A stretch of DNA of 64,000 nucleotides from Eledone cirrhosa (lineage: Eukaryota), in the NCBI GenBank assembly GCA_964016885.1, contig OZ024742.1, positions 99,882,001 to 99,946,000 on the forward strand. Direction: 5' to 3'. A program made the position numbers and the translations under genes. Numbering within the stretch: position 1 is the stretch's first letter; each line of letters opens with the position of its first letter. The notes beneath the pieces were generated by a model. The model saw only the letters and a list, made by a program, of their open reading frames with translations. It was not told the DNA's origin and searched no databases. Below are positions 45,615-59,031 of the stretch, in pieces.

Positions 45615-45686
45615 GATTCCGTTGTGTAGCAATTAACAGTTCTGTTTTACAAACAGAAGACCACGAGTTCGAAACTCAACGGAATA
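45615..45686 (+). pseudogene. Diverged tRNA-Val(TAC)-like subfamily copy
   Basis: ATTCCG/CGGAAT acceptor pairing; TCTGT/ACAGA anticodon stem; D-loop GG lost. Confidence 0.65.
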
Positions 45687-46198
45687 TATTGTGTAAATTC
45701 ATTTATGTTGTCTAATATTTATCTTCATAATTTGGCGAAATATTACATTTAAAAAATAAGGTTCATTTACTTAAAATATGTTTTGCAAAGACAATAAATC
45801 TCGTGTTTTCTTAGTACTAGAAAATGTTTGATAATATGTTGGCTGAAACAGGGCTGACTAGCATTACAAATAGTATCTGCCTTGTAAGCTGAAGACTCGT
45901 AATTGATTATATCATAGTATTATTTTTTAATCCTGAAGTTTCATATTTGTTACATCTCATATATTTCTTCCCTTTATCTACACGATGATTTCAATTTCCA
46001 GTTCTGTATGTTTTACCAATACTGTGACAGGGCTGGCCTCTTTTATATGACACTACCAGCCTTAGACGTTAAAGTTAGGTAACAGTTCATAATATTTAGG
46101 TCATTAATGAACTATTTCAATTTTACACATCTTTCATTAAATTGAAGGAAAATGAAAATATGTTTGATTATGGAATGTATGCAGCTAAACAAAGAGGT

Positions 46199-46271
46199 TG
46201 TTCCATGGTGTAGTGGTTATCACGTCTGCTTAATACGCAGAAGATCGTGAGTTCTAAACGCGCTACAACCT
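46199..46271 (+). pseudogene. tRNA-Val-derived pseudogene (loop reads AAT)
   Basis: Acceptor and T arms broken. Confidence 0.7.
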
Positions 46272-46989
46272 ATCTTAATAATAAAAAGTATTTCTTTTAT
46301 TTGTATCTGCAATTTTTTTTATATTATTTCAGATTTTATTGCTTATATTTTAAAAGCCCATACATATAGAATGGATTTGAAAATGAAATTGATGAGGGCA
46401 TATGTTCCAGGATATTGTACCTTTGAAAGTATCTTTGCGTAATTGTGTCCAACCTATGACTAAACAACAACATTGATTACCTTCACCTATTTATAAATAC
46501 ATTCACCTATTATACTTGTACATTATATTTTCTAGATCGAAACCATCCTTTAGAATATAAGTCGTGATTATAAATAGTTTGGTAAAGCATAATACAAATT
46601 TATTGTTCAGAATTACGTTCATGTATTCATTGTGTAGCAAAAATGACGTCTGTTTATAGGAAGAAGACCCGTGTCCGAAACTCAGCGAAATATTTGGGTA
46701 GATTCATTTATGTGGTTCTGGAATTTATCTTCATATAGTTCTGCAAAATATTAATTTTCAAAATTGTTTGATCAAGCGTCTTCATCTGGTTCCATAGTTT
46801 AGGTCTTATCACCTCTAATTAACATGGTGAAGAAAGCTATTTCGAAACTAGCCGGGACAGTTAAAGTTAGGTAACTGTTCATAATATTTAGGTCATTAAT
46901 GAACTATTTCAATTTTAAACATCTTTTACTGTATTCAAGCCAATGAAAATATGTTTGATAAGGTAATGTATGCAGCCAAACACTGACGT

Positions 46990-47062
46990 CGTTCCATGGA
47001 GCAGTGGTTATCACCTCTGCTTAACACGCAGAAGGTCGTAAATTAGAAACTTGCTGGAACCT
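46990..47062 (+). pseudogene. tRNA-Val(AAC)-like, degenerate
   Basis: B box destroyed (AATTAGAAAC). Confidence 0.7.
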
Positions 47063-47775
47063 AGGCTAATGTCTGAATTTTTTTCTTTTATTTCAGATTG
47101 TATTGCTGATATTTTAACTATTGAAACCCATGCAAGGGATATGTTCCAGGATATTGTACCTTTGAAGTAGCTTTGCGTATATGTATCCAACGTATGAGTA
47201 AACACTAACATTGAATACCTTCACCTATTTACAAATACATTCACCTATTATTCTTGTACATTATCCCTTCTAGATCGAAACCATCCCTTTGAATATAAGT
47301 CGTAAATAAATAGTTTGGAAAAAAAAGATACGCATGATACAAACGTATTTGATCAGAATTATGTTCATATATTCATGGTGTAGAACATATAACGTCTGTT
47401 TATGAGGAGAAGAACGTTGTCCCAAACTCATCAAAGTATTTGGGTAGATTCATTTGTGTTGTTCTGGATGTTATCTTCATATATTCCGACAAAATATTGC
47501 TTTTGTAAAAATGAAGCTTATTTTGTTAAAATGTGTGTCGAAAAGACAATAAATCTCTAGGTTGAGCAATAGCATAATAGAAAACATTTGATTATACGTT
47601 AGCTGAAACTTTGCTGACCAGCAATATAAAACAGTAAGAAGCTTAGAAGCTAAAGATACGTAAATGTCCATTTATAGATCGTTAACGACGGCTTTTAAAT
47701 TTACACATATTTCACGTAAGCTAAACAATTCACAAATTATATCATAAGGCAATATTTATTACTCTGTAACTATGA

Positions 47776-47848
47776 GGTTCCATGGTGTAGTGATTATCAT
47801 ATCTGCTTCACACGCAGAAGGTGGTGAGTTCGAAACTCGCTGGAACCT
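47776..47848 (+). tRNA. tRNA-Val(CAC)-like, near intact
   Basis: Acceptor, anticodon and T stems intact; D-loop GG changed to GA. Confidence 0.55.
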
Positions 47849-49448
47849 AATTAAAGATGTTGTTTTTTTTTAGAAAGTTTTATTTCCATCTTTTTGATAT
47901 TACCTTACCACAAACTCTTTATATAGAACAACTAGAATAAAGATCTTAGAACTAAAACTGAGCTTTATAAACACATTAAAGTTTACTATACTGCCACATT
48001 AGCTTTTCTAAATCGAAAGCATCCGTAAAATTCTATGTCAAGTATTAACATTTTACACACACAAAATTATTTGGTGAAATATGTGTAAATGGATCTATAG
48101 TTTAATGGATTTCAGGTCTGCTTCGCATTAAATGTGTTCGAAACTTGATGGAACCCTTGATACACTCTTTTTTAACGATCTAAATATCGTCAGTTGCGTA
48201 TCTTTAGCTTCTAAGACTCTTACTATTTTATATTGCTGGTCAGCCAAGTTTCAGCTAACGTACAATCAAATGTTTTTTACTTCTGTCCAAACCCGAGATT
48301 TTCACAAAATAAGCATTATATTTTCAAAAGTAATATTTTGCCGGAATATATGAACATAAAATCCAGAACAACATAATTTCATTTTCCTAAATTTAGTGAA
48401 ATATGTGTCAAATTTAATTAGTTTATTAATGACCTAAACATTATGAACTGTTACCTAACTTTAACGTCTAAGGTTGGTACCCTAATATTACAGAGGCTAG
48501 CCCTGTCACAGTATTGGTAAAACATACAGTACTGGAAATTGAAGTCATCGTGTAGATAAATGGTAGAAATATATGAGATGTAACAACTATGAAACTTCAG
48601 GATTAAAAAAATATACTATGGTATAATCAATTACGCGTCTTCAGCTTACAAGGCAGATACTATTTGTAATGCTAGTCAGCCCTGTTTCAGCCAACTTATG
48701 ATCAAACATTTTCTAGTACTAAGAAAACACGAGATTTATTGTCGTTGAAAAACATATTTAAGGAAATTAGTCTTATTTTTTTTAAAACGCCAAATTATAT
48801 GAAGGTAAAAATTAGACAACACAAATGGATTGACACAAAATACTCCGTTCAGTTTCGAACTCATGGTCTTCTGTTTGTAAAACAGACCTGATAATTGCTA
48901 CACAACGGAATAACATACATACTGGAGTAATATAATCACTACTATTAAAATAATTCATTATTTGTTTTCATTGATAACTTTAAACCTTAAACTCTACAAA
49001 ATACTTCAGCAATACTGGTATAGTCGCTGCCCTCGACCTCCCCATCTCTCATTATTATAAGTAAATGGCCACCAATTAACTGGGCGCCCCGCGTCCCTGG
49101 CGGACACAGAGGATCAAATAAATTTGTATTATATGTATCTTGTGTGTCGAAACTACTTATTCTCAACTTGTATTCATGAGGACGGTTTCAATCTAAAAAT
49201 GATAATATATAAGTATAAATACCTGAATGTATTTTAAAACAGGTGAATGTAATGAATGTTGTTGTCTAGACTTAAATCAGACACAATTTCACAGAGCTGT
49301 CTTCAATGTTGTAATGTCCTGTGACATGTCGTCTTAAATTTATCAAACTTATTCTATATATATTGCTTTTTAATAGATAAAGAATACGCAGTAACATCTT
49401 AAAAATGACAAAATATAAAATGTTTCCAAACATTGTAGACACTCTCCT

Positions 49449-49521
49449 AGGTGCCAGCGAGTTTCAAACTCATGAGCTTCTGCATTTGAAGTAGACGTGA
49501 TAACCACTAAGCCATGGAAAC
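49449..49521 (-). pseudogene. tRNA-Val-derived pseudogene (loop reads CAA)
   Basis: Reverse-complement copy with many substitutions. Confidence 0.65.
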
Positions 49522-49783
49522 CTATTGTTATTTTCGTTCTGATATTACCTTATCAATAAAATTTACATTTGTTTGAATTCAATTTGGAAGCTAAATTTGG
49601 AAGCTGTTGTTTTATGATCTAAATACTATTTTTAATGTTACCTAACTTTAGTGGCAAAGGTTGGTACTGTTGTAAACTTGAAGGTGTATATAAACCTCTG
49701 TCTAGTTCTAAGATCTATATAAAGAGTATGTGGTAAGGTAAGATGAAAAAGTGGCAAATAAAACTTTCTAAAAGCGTTCAATT

Positions 49784-49856
49784 AGGTTCCAGTGTGTTTC
49801 GAATTAACGACCTTCTGTGTGTAAAGCAGACACGTTAACCACTACACCATGGAACC
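49784..49856 (-). pseudogene. tRNA-Val(TAC)-like, degenerate
   Basis: Acceptor stem intact; D, anticodon and T stems damaged. Confidence 0.7.
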
Positions 49857-50781
49857 TTATGATTAACGCGTAACAAATATTGCCTTATCACATACTTTGT
49901 GAACAGTTTCAATTCCGTGACAGATGTGTACATTTAGAAACATTTGGTTAATGATCTAAATATGGTCAGTTACATATCTTTAGTTTCTAAAGTTCTTACT
50001 GTTTTATATCGCCGGTCAGCCTCGTTCCGTTCCTACTGACATTGCCTCATCGCGTACATTTAAATTTATTTGAATTCAGTGGAAGATGTGTAAATTCAAA
50101 AGCTGTTGTTTTATGATCTAAATACTACATAAACAGTTACGTACAATTCGTGTCTAAGATTGGTACTGTTGTAAGTAAGCTCTGTTATTGCATTGATAAC
50201 ATATACAGAAGTGTTAGGTGAAATCATCGTCTAGAGAAATGGTAGTGAAATATGAGACTCTAACAAATACCACACTAAAGGATGAAAAAATTGAGAAGCA
50301 ATGGTTACAACTAGTTTCTAGTCAGCGATCTTCAGTGTGTGAAGCAGGCGTGATAACAACTACACTATGGAACCATATATAAACGTTTGGTCAAATAATT
50401 TCGTATTGTACTTATCTGGTGACTCTAAACAGCTTATTTTTGACTCAGTTTTATATTAATGATCTTGACTTAGAATCACTAGTGTGACATATATTAATCT
50501 GAATATGTTTATACTGCTCTGTTTAGTTTTAAAATATTTAATGTAGTTGATCAGTTCTAAGACAGATAGATTTATGGAGACCTGCCTTCATATGCTCTGG
50601 AAGACACGAGCTCCGATATTTTATTTTCAAACCTACTCTATACAACGAGTTTTTAATAATTCTGAAAACAAAAATAATTCTGAAAACAAAAATAATTCTG
50701 AAAACAAAAAAATAAGAAAAACTAATGAATAAATTAAAGTTTCCAATAATAAATTTTTAAATTAGAATTGTATATTGAAAG

Positions 50782-50859
50782 ATGTTCCAGCAAGTTTCGA
50801 ACTCACGACTTTCTTCGTGTTAAGTAGATTTGGTAACCAAATCACCACAACATGGAATC
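50782..50859 (-). pseudogene. tRNA-Val(AAC)-like, degenerate
   Basis: Insertion in the D arm. Confidence 0.65.
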
Positions 50860-50954
50860 ACACGATTACATTATTACAAATATTGCCGTTTATTACAATT
50901 GTTTCAATTTAGTGCGAGATGTGTAATTATGGAAACATTTGTTTACCGATCTAA

Positions 50955-51395
50955 ATAATTATTTCTACTTTTGGTACAAGGCCAGCAGTTATCCCAGTGT
51001 ATTACTGGTACTTTATTTTATCGACCTTGTAAGGATGAAAAGCAAAGTTAACCTCGGCGAAATTTGAACTCAGACCATAAAGGGGCGTAACTCTATGCTT
51101 CAAAGCATAGAGTTGAAAATGAAATATCGGAGCTCGTATGTTCCAGGGCATATGAAGGCAGGTCTACATGAATTTATCTTAGAACTGATCAACTACATTA
51201 AATCTAAATAATTGTTTCTACTTTTGGCACGAGGCCAGCAAATACCCAGTGCATTACTGGTACTTTATTTTATCGACCCCGTAAGGATGAAAGGCAAAGT
51301 CAACCTCGGCGGGATTTGAACTCAGATCGTAAAGGGACGTAACTATGCTGGAAAGCATGGCGTCCGACCCTCTACCGATTCTGCCAATCCACCAT
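50955..51395 (-). mobile_element. Two family-1 SINEs (50955-51110, 51208-51395) in the inverted array block
   Basis: Both tails follow ATCTAAATAAT, which recurs after the second head at ~51393. Confidence 0.85.
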
Positions 51396-52030
51396 CTAAA
51401 TAATATGATGTAGTTATTTATGGATCTTTTGCTTCTAAGCCACTTATTGTTTAATATTGCAGATCAACCACAGTCCAGCTAACGTATAATAACATGTTTT
51501 CAAGTACTGACAAAAATCGGAATTTATTGTCTTTTCAAAACACTCTTTAACTAAATTAGCCTTATTTTTTTCAAAAGTAATATTTTGACACAATATAAGA
51601 AGGTATAAAATCAGAACAACATTAATGAATTTACACAAAATATTCCATTCAATATCGAACACGTGGTCTTCTGCAGATGTGATATGTGCTACACAATAGA
51701 ATCGCGTACGTTCGTTATGATGAAATAATTCTGTATTATACATATCTTGTGTGTCCAAACTATTTATTCTCGACTTATACTCATAAGAACGGTCTCTATC
51801 TAAAATGGCAATATACAGGTATAAATAGGTGAATGTAGTGAATGGTGTTGTCTAGGCGGAGGTGAGACACAATTTCACAGACCTGTCTGTAAAATAGGCC
51901 TTCATGAATTTATCTTTCAAACATATCCTATATATATTGTTTTTAAATTATAAAAAATCCGCAGTAATTTCTTTAAAAAGTTAATGATGCAAATATTAAA
52001 AAAGTGTCTAAACATTGTAAACACTCTCTC

Positions 52031-52103
52031 AGGTTCCAGCGAGATTCGAATTAACAACCTTCTGTGTGTTAAGCAGATGTGATAACCACTACACCATGGA
52101 ACC
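52031..52103 (-). pseudogene. tRNA-Val(AAC)-like, T-arm damaged
   Basis: 5' half perfect; T stem reads GTTAA/CTCGC. Confidence 0.7.
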
Positions 52104-52943
52104 TCACGCGTGCTCCCCTGCTGGTATTACCTCATCAAACATATTTACATTTGTTTGAATTCAGTGAAAGATGATTAAATTTGGAATCTGTCGATTTATG
52201 ATCTAAATACTATATTAAATGTTATCTAATTTTAGCGTCAAAGGTTAGTACTGTTGTATGATGCAGGTGATCTGAGTTACAGCATAGGTAGAATATACAA
52301 AACTGGTAGTTGAAATCATCGTGTACAGAAATGGGAGAAATGAGACACTAACAAATACGACGCTATAGGATTAAAACAAATATAGAAGCAAAAATTCCAA
52401 CTAGTTTCGAATTTTAACGACTAAGGCTGGTACTCTAATATAACAGAAGGCAGCCCTGTCTCAGCAATGCTAAAACATACAGAACTGGAAAAATAATCAT
52501 TGTGTAGAGAAATGGAAGTGAAATATGGGACACTAACAAACACGGTACTGTGGGATTAAAACAAATAAAGAAGCAAAAGTTCCAACTAGTTTCGAACTAG
52601 CTTTTTTCACCTTATACTCTGGAACCATATGAAGACAAAGGTATTATACATATCTTGTGTGTCTAACCTAATTATACTTGTCTTAGAATTTTACAGATGA
52701 TCCCGACTTAGAAAAGCATTTTATCTTCATGTATTCCGGTAAAATATTACTTTTGCAAAAATTAGGCTAAATTTATACGTTAGCTGAAACTTGGCTGACC
52801 AGCAATATAAAACAGTAAGAGCCTTAAAAGCTAAATATACGTAACTGACCGCATTTACATCATTAAGCAACTGTTTTTAAATTTACACATATTTCCCGTA
52901 ACCTAAACAATTCACAAATTATATGATTTTTCAGTATTCATGT

Positions 52944-53016
52944 GGTTCCATGGTGTAGTGGTTATCACATCTGCATCACACGCGGAAGGTTGTGAGTTCG
53001 AAACTCACTGAAACCT
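52944..53016 (+). pseudogene. tRNA-Val(CAC)-like
   Basis: Acceptor C:A mismatch; loop ATCACAC. Confidence 0.65.
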
Positions 53017-53724
53017 AATTGAAATGGTTTTAGGAACTTTTATTTGCATCGATTTCATATTAACTTAAAACATACTCTTTATTTTGAACAACTACATTAA
53101 GGATCTTAGAACTAAACTGAGTTTTATAAAGACATTCAGGTTTTATATCCTGGCACACAAGCTTTTCTAATTCGACAGCATCCCTAAAAATCTAAGTCAA
53201 GTATAATTACTTTTCACACACAAGATATTATTTGGTGAAATGTCTATATAAATGTCTATAGCTTAATGGTTATTACGTCTGCTTTACACGCATTTGTACG
53301 AAACTAGATAGAAGCTTCGATACACTGTTCCTTTTTTTTTAAATCTAGTAGTGTTATGATTGTAACAAATCATAGATTTTTTCTCTTTATCTACACGATG
53401 ATTTCAATCGTAATTTATGTATGTAAAAGTATTAAGAAAAATAACAAAACAACGGCATAGTACATGGAAGAAATATATTAGCTTAACACTTGAAATAGCA
53501 GGAAGAAAGTCTCAACGATTCGGATGCTATTCCTATATTTTACATATATTGGAAAAAGGCTGACTGTGTTATACAACAGTACCTTCCTTAGACGTTCTTG
53601 TTAGATAACCGTTCATAATATTTAGGTCATGAATGAACTAATTGAATTTTACACATCTTATACTTAATTGAAGCAAATGAAAATGTATTTGATAAGGCAA
53701 TATACGTAGCCCCCACATTGGTGT

Positions 53725-53799
53725 GACTCCGTAGTGTAGTGGTTAAACCATCTGCTTTACACGCAGAAGTTTGTGAGTTAAAAAAAAATCACTGGATAC
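53725..53799 (+). pseudogene. tRNA-Val(TAC)-like, degenerate
   Basis: Anticodon arm intact; T loop replaced by an A run. Confidence 0.65.
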
Positions 53800-55543
53800 G
53801 TTGTTAGTACCTAAGATTAAGAATTTTAATTTTTCTGTTTTCCATTTTTTTCTTTTATTTCTGATTTTACAACTTAATTTTAATTATTTAACGCCAGTGT
53901 AGAATGGGTTTGAAATTGAAATTTAAGATATGTTTGTGTAATTGTGTCTGAACTATGACTAAATAACAACATTGATTACCTTCACCTGTTTATAAATACA
54001 TTCACCAATTAATACTAGCACATTATCTTTTCTAGATCGAAACCCTCCTCGTGAATATAAGTCGATAAAAACTAGTTTGGAAAAACAAGATACGCATAAA
54101 CTTGCATATTATCTTTTTTTTAGATCGAGACCATTCTTATGAATAAAAGTAGAGAATAAATAGTTTGGACACACAAAATACGCATTATATAAAACTATTT
54201 GATCATGTGTACATACGTTATTTCATTGTGTAACACATATCGGGTTGTTTTATAAATAGAAGACGTGTTCAAAACTGAACGGAATAATTTGTGTATTCAT
54301 TAATGTTGTTCTGACGTTTATTTTCATATATTCTGGAAAATATTTAGGAAACATACGGCTAATTTAATTAAAATACGTTTTGAAAAGACAATAAATTCAG
54401 GTTTTGGTCAGTACTTGAAAACATATTATTATACGTTAGCTGGAACGGGGTTGACCTGCAATATTAAACAGTAAGTGGCTTAGAAACTAAAGATACATAA
54501 ATGATTGTATCATACTATTTACATCGTGAAAGAAACGCACACCAGGAAACCTCTAAAAACTCAAACGGAGAGTACCATGAAAAAAGTGCCCCAAAACGCG
54601 GAGAAGTTAGCCAAAATATGGAGATTTTACATATTGAAAGACATACCCATTTCCACAAGAGAAGACATCCCTCACCCACAGCAATATTGTTACACGGAGG
54701 GAGGGAATTTTACTGGTCTGGAAACGTATCTAAATATACACATATTTCAGTAAATTGAAACTATTATAAGAATATGTGATTAGGCAATATTTTTAATAAT
54801 GTTCCTTGGTGTAGACGTTATTATCTACTTATCACGCGTGAGTTCGAGACTCCCTGCAATTTATTCGTTCATTTTTCTCATTTGTGTTTTATGAAAATAT
54901 TGAAAGACTTTTTATATAGAGTAGGTTTGAAACTGAATTACCTGTCATGTGTTCGAAGCGGGACACATACGAAGGCAGGGCAGCATAAAGGTAACCAAAT
55001 TAGTGCAGAACAACTGCATTAAATATGTTAGTATTAAACTGAGCTTTATACACACACAAAGGTTGATATATCTCACACTAGCTTTTCTCAGTCGAGAGCA
55101 TCAGTATATATATAAGTCAAGAATAAACAGTTTAGATTCCCAAGATACTTATAATACAAAATGATTTGTTGAAACCTTTGTATGTGCTTCTATATCGTAG
55201 AGTCTGTCACCTCTGCTTCACATGCCGAGGGCCGCTATTTCGAATCTCGCTGAAATCTTGTTTCTCTGTTGTTTTTTTAATTATGTTATGTAGTGTTTCT
55301 TACAGTACTATACATATCTTCCATTTCTCTATACCATGATCGCAATTACCAGTTCTGTATATTTTATCTATGATGTAACGGTGCTTACCTCCATCATACA
55401 ACAGTACAACTGTACCATGTAACAGCTTTTGTCGCTAAAGTTAGATCGTAAATCAACAGCTTCTAAATTTAGACATCTTCCACCGAATTCAAGCAAATGT
55501 AAATGTGTTCGATAAGGCATTGTCTGCAGGAAAATCAGCATGG

Positions 55544-55616
55544 GATTCCATGGTGAAGTGGTTATCATATCTACTTTACACGCAGAAAGTTGTGAGTTCG
55601 AAACTCGCTGGAACCT
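55544..55616 (+). pseudogene. tRNA-Val(TAC)-like, degenerate
   Basis: Mismatches in acceptor and anticodon stems. Confidence 0.7.
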
Positions 55617-56492
55617 ATGAGAGTGTCTAATACGGTTAGAAACTTTTTTTTAAATATATTTGCATCATTAACTTTTTGTGTTTAAGATATTACTGCGTAT
55701 TCTTTTATTATTGAAAGGCAATATATAGAGAATATATTTCAAAGATAAATTTATGATGTCATGTTTTACAGGACATTACAACATTGAAGACAGGTCTGTG
55801 AAATTGTGTCTGCTTTAAGTCTAGACAACACCATTAATTATATTCACCTATTTATAAATACCTATTTATACTTCACATTATCATTCTTAGATCTAGACCG
55901 CCCTTATCAATATAAGTCGAGAATAAAGTTTGGACACACATGATTGGTATTATACAATACTATTTGATAATAACATATGTGACTCCATTGTGTAGCAATT
56001 ATCAGGTCTGTTTTACAAGCAGAAGACCACGAGTTCGAATCTCAACGGAATATTTTGTGTGAATTCATTTATGTTGTCTAATTTTTACCTTCATACAATT
56101 TGGCAAAATATTACATTTAAAAAAAAAAGGCTAATTTCCTTAAAATGTGTTTTGTGAAGACAATAAATCTGGTGTTTTGTTTGTTAATACTAGAAAATGT
56201 TTGATCATAAGTTGACTGAAACAGGGCTGACTAGCATTACAAATAGCATGGGCTGTGGAAGCTGAAGACGAGTAATTGATTATATCATAATATATATTTT
56301 TAAATCCTGAAATTACATATCATATATTTCTTCCGTTTATCTATACGATGATTTCAATTGGTATAGTATACATGAACTTAATAAAGCTCAGTTTTAGTTC
56401 TAAGATGTTTCAGGTAGTTGTTCTATATAAAAGTATGTGGTAAGGTAATATGAAAAAGTTGAAATAAAAGATTCTGTAAAAAGATTTTAATT

Positions 56493-56565
56493 AAGTTCCA
56501 GCGAGTTTCGAACTCACGGTTTTCTGCATGTGAAGCAGATGTGATAACCACTACACCATGGAATC
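56493..56565 (-). pseudogene. tRNA-Val(CAC)-like
   Basis: GATTCCA/TGGAACT acceptor mismatch; the rest is mostly intact. Confidence 0.65.
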
Positions 56566-57157
56566 ATACGATAACTGAATAACAAATATTGACTTATCAT
56601 ATACTTTGTGAATTGTTTAGATTCCGTGAAATATGTATAAATTTAAAAACAATTGTTTAAAGATCTAAACATGGTCAATTACGTATTTTTAGCTTCTAAG
56701 GCTCTTACTGTTTTATATTGATGATCAGCCAAGTTTCAGCTATTTGAATAGGTTTAAAAAATTAAATTCATGACGTCATATATGCCAGAATAGTATACCT
56801 TTGAAGGAATTTCCGAAAATGTGTTTGACATAAAGCTAAAGAACATTAAATACATTCATCTATTTATATATATCGGAATATATATACTTACACATTATTG
56901 TTGCTTCATTGACACCGTCATTATGATTATAATTCGAACATGAAAATTTTGGACCAACAAGATACATACAATACACATTTATTAAACATCAGTGTCCAAG
57001 GGGCAGATAGTGCGTGGCCCCTATTTACTTATAAAAGTGAGAGTTGGGTGGGCGAATGAGAAGGTGGCAGTGACTAGGCGAGTATTGCTGAAGTATTTTG
57101 TAAAGTTTAAGGATTAAAGTGATGATAATGGAATGTATGCAACCAAAACAATAACGT

Positions 57158-57199
57158 GGTGCCATGGTGTAGTGGTTATCACATCTGCTTCACATTCAG
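57158..57199 (+). pseudogene. 5' half of a tRNA-Val(CAC)-like copy
   Basis: Truncated after the anticodon loop by a deletion. Confidence 0.65.
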
Positions 57200-57645
57200 T
57201 TTGGAAATACAAGATACACATAATACATAATTATTTGATCAGTATTACGTTCATGGATTCGTGGTTTTGTACATATGACGTTTGTTTATAGGAAGAAACC
57301 CGTGTACGAAACTCAACGAAATATTTTGTGTAGATTCATCTATGTTGTTCTGGATTTTATATTCATATATTCCGGTAAAATATTACTTTGGAAAAAAAAA
57401 GGCTAATTTTGTTAAAATGAGTTTCGAAAAGACAACAAATATCGAGGCTGGACAGAGGTAGAAAATATTTGATTATACGTTAGCTGAAACTTGGCTGAAA
57501 ACAGTAAGAGCGTTAGAAGCTAAAGATACGTAACTGACCATACTTAGATCTTTAAACAATTGTTTTTAAATTTACACATATTTCACGGATCTAAACAATT
57601 CACAAAGTATATGATAAGTCAATATTTGTTATTCAGATATCGTAT

Positions 57646-57705
57646 GGTTCCATGGTGTAGTGGTTATCACATAGAAGGTCGTGAGTTCGAAACTCGCTGG
57701 AACCT
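57646..57705 (+). pseudogene. tRNA-Val copy lacking the anticodon arm
   Basis: Matches the consensus except for a 13-nt deletion: CACAT|AGAAGG. Confidence 0.8.
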
Positions 57706-58083
57706 AATTAAAGCCTTTTTCAGAAACTTTTATTTCCATCTTTTTCATATTACCCTACCACATACTCTTTATATAGAACAACTATATGAAACATCTTAGA
57801 ACTAAAACTGAGCTTTATTAACACATTCATGTATACTATACTGCCACACTAGCTATTCTAAATCGAGAGCATCCGTAATATACTGTATAAAGTATGAACA
57901 TTTTACACTCACAAGATACGTAATACAAAATTATTTGGTGAAATTTCTGTAAATGGTTCTATATTTTAATGGATATCAGGTATGATTCACACAAATATGT
58001 ACGAAACCCGCTGGAACCCTTGATACACTGGGGGGTTTGGGGGGAGGGGGTGTTCTTGGTTAAATCCCGTAATGATATCTGTA

Positions 58084-58235
58084 CACGAATATATAATTAT
58101 ATATATATACATATATTAAAATAACAGATTAAAGTTTAAGCAAAGAATCGCTGCAAATAATCCCTTAACGGGATCTTCTGAAACTAAAATAATGAATCTG
58201 TGAACGCAGAAGTAAATATTTCGAAAAACATTACA
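58084..58235 (-). mobile_element. Penelope-like 3' terminal fragment
   Basis: Reverse complement of ~18165-18292. Confidence 0.6.
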
Positions 58236-58374
58236 CACTATATATATACACACACTATATATACACACACTATATATACATATATATACACACACATATA
58301 TAGCGTCATAATGTCGTATGCGGACAGCCAGACATACAGACAGATATTATAAGGGCGCAACGTTATATCTATGT

Positions 58375-58589
58375 ATCTATCTAAAGAGGAAGACTAAGAA
58401 TTATAGAGAGAGATCGCTAAATCGCCTAATGCGGTCCCTAGGGCATTGAACATTTGAAATTTCTTTTGCTCAAAACACTCATAGGACCATAAGTATTACA
58501 TGTGTAAAGTTTGAAAACAATCGGTTGGGTGGTTCTCGAGTTTTAGGGAGTCAGACAGACAGTCATTCTCTGTTTTAGATATATAGATG
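58375..58589. mobile_element. Probable Helentron/HINE-like non-autonomous fragment
   Basis: AAGTTTGAAAACAATCGG..GGTTCTCGAGTT..GACAGACAG..TATATAGAT end resembles DINE-1/HINE termini (recalled pattern). Confidence 0.45.
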
Positions 58590-58958
58590 ACGTCTGTTTA
58601 TAGAAAGAAGATCCGTGTCCGAAACTCAACGAAATATTTTGTGTAGATTCATCTATGTTTATCTAGATTTTATATTCATATATTCCGGTAAAATATTACT
58701 TTGGAAAAAAAAGGATAATTTTGTTAAAATGTGTTTCGAAAAGACAACAAATATCGAGGCTGGACAGAGGTAGAAAATATTTGATTATACTTTAGCTGAA
58801 ACTTGGCTGAAAACAGTAAGAGCGTTAGAAGCTAAAGATACGTAACTGACCATACTTAGATCTTTAAACAATTGTTTTTAAATTTATACATATTTCTCGG
58901 AATCTAAACAATTCACAAAGTATATGATAAGTCAATAAATGTTATTCGGTTATAGTAT

Positions 58959-59031
58959 GGTTCTATGGTGTAGTGGTTATCACATCTGCTTCACACGCAG
59001 AAGGTCGTGAGTGCGAAACTCGCTGGAACCT
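58959..59031 (+). tRNA. tRNA-Val(CAC)-like with a T55G change
   Basis: All stems pair (one extra G-U); T loop TGCGAAA damages the B box. Confidence 0.5.
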
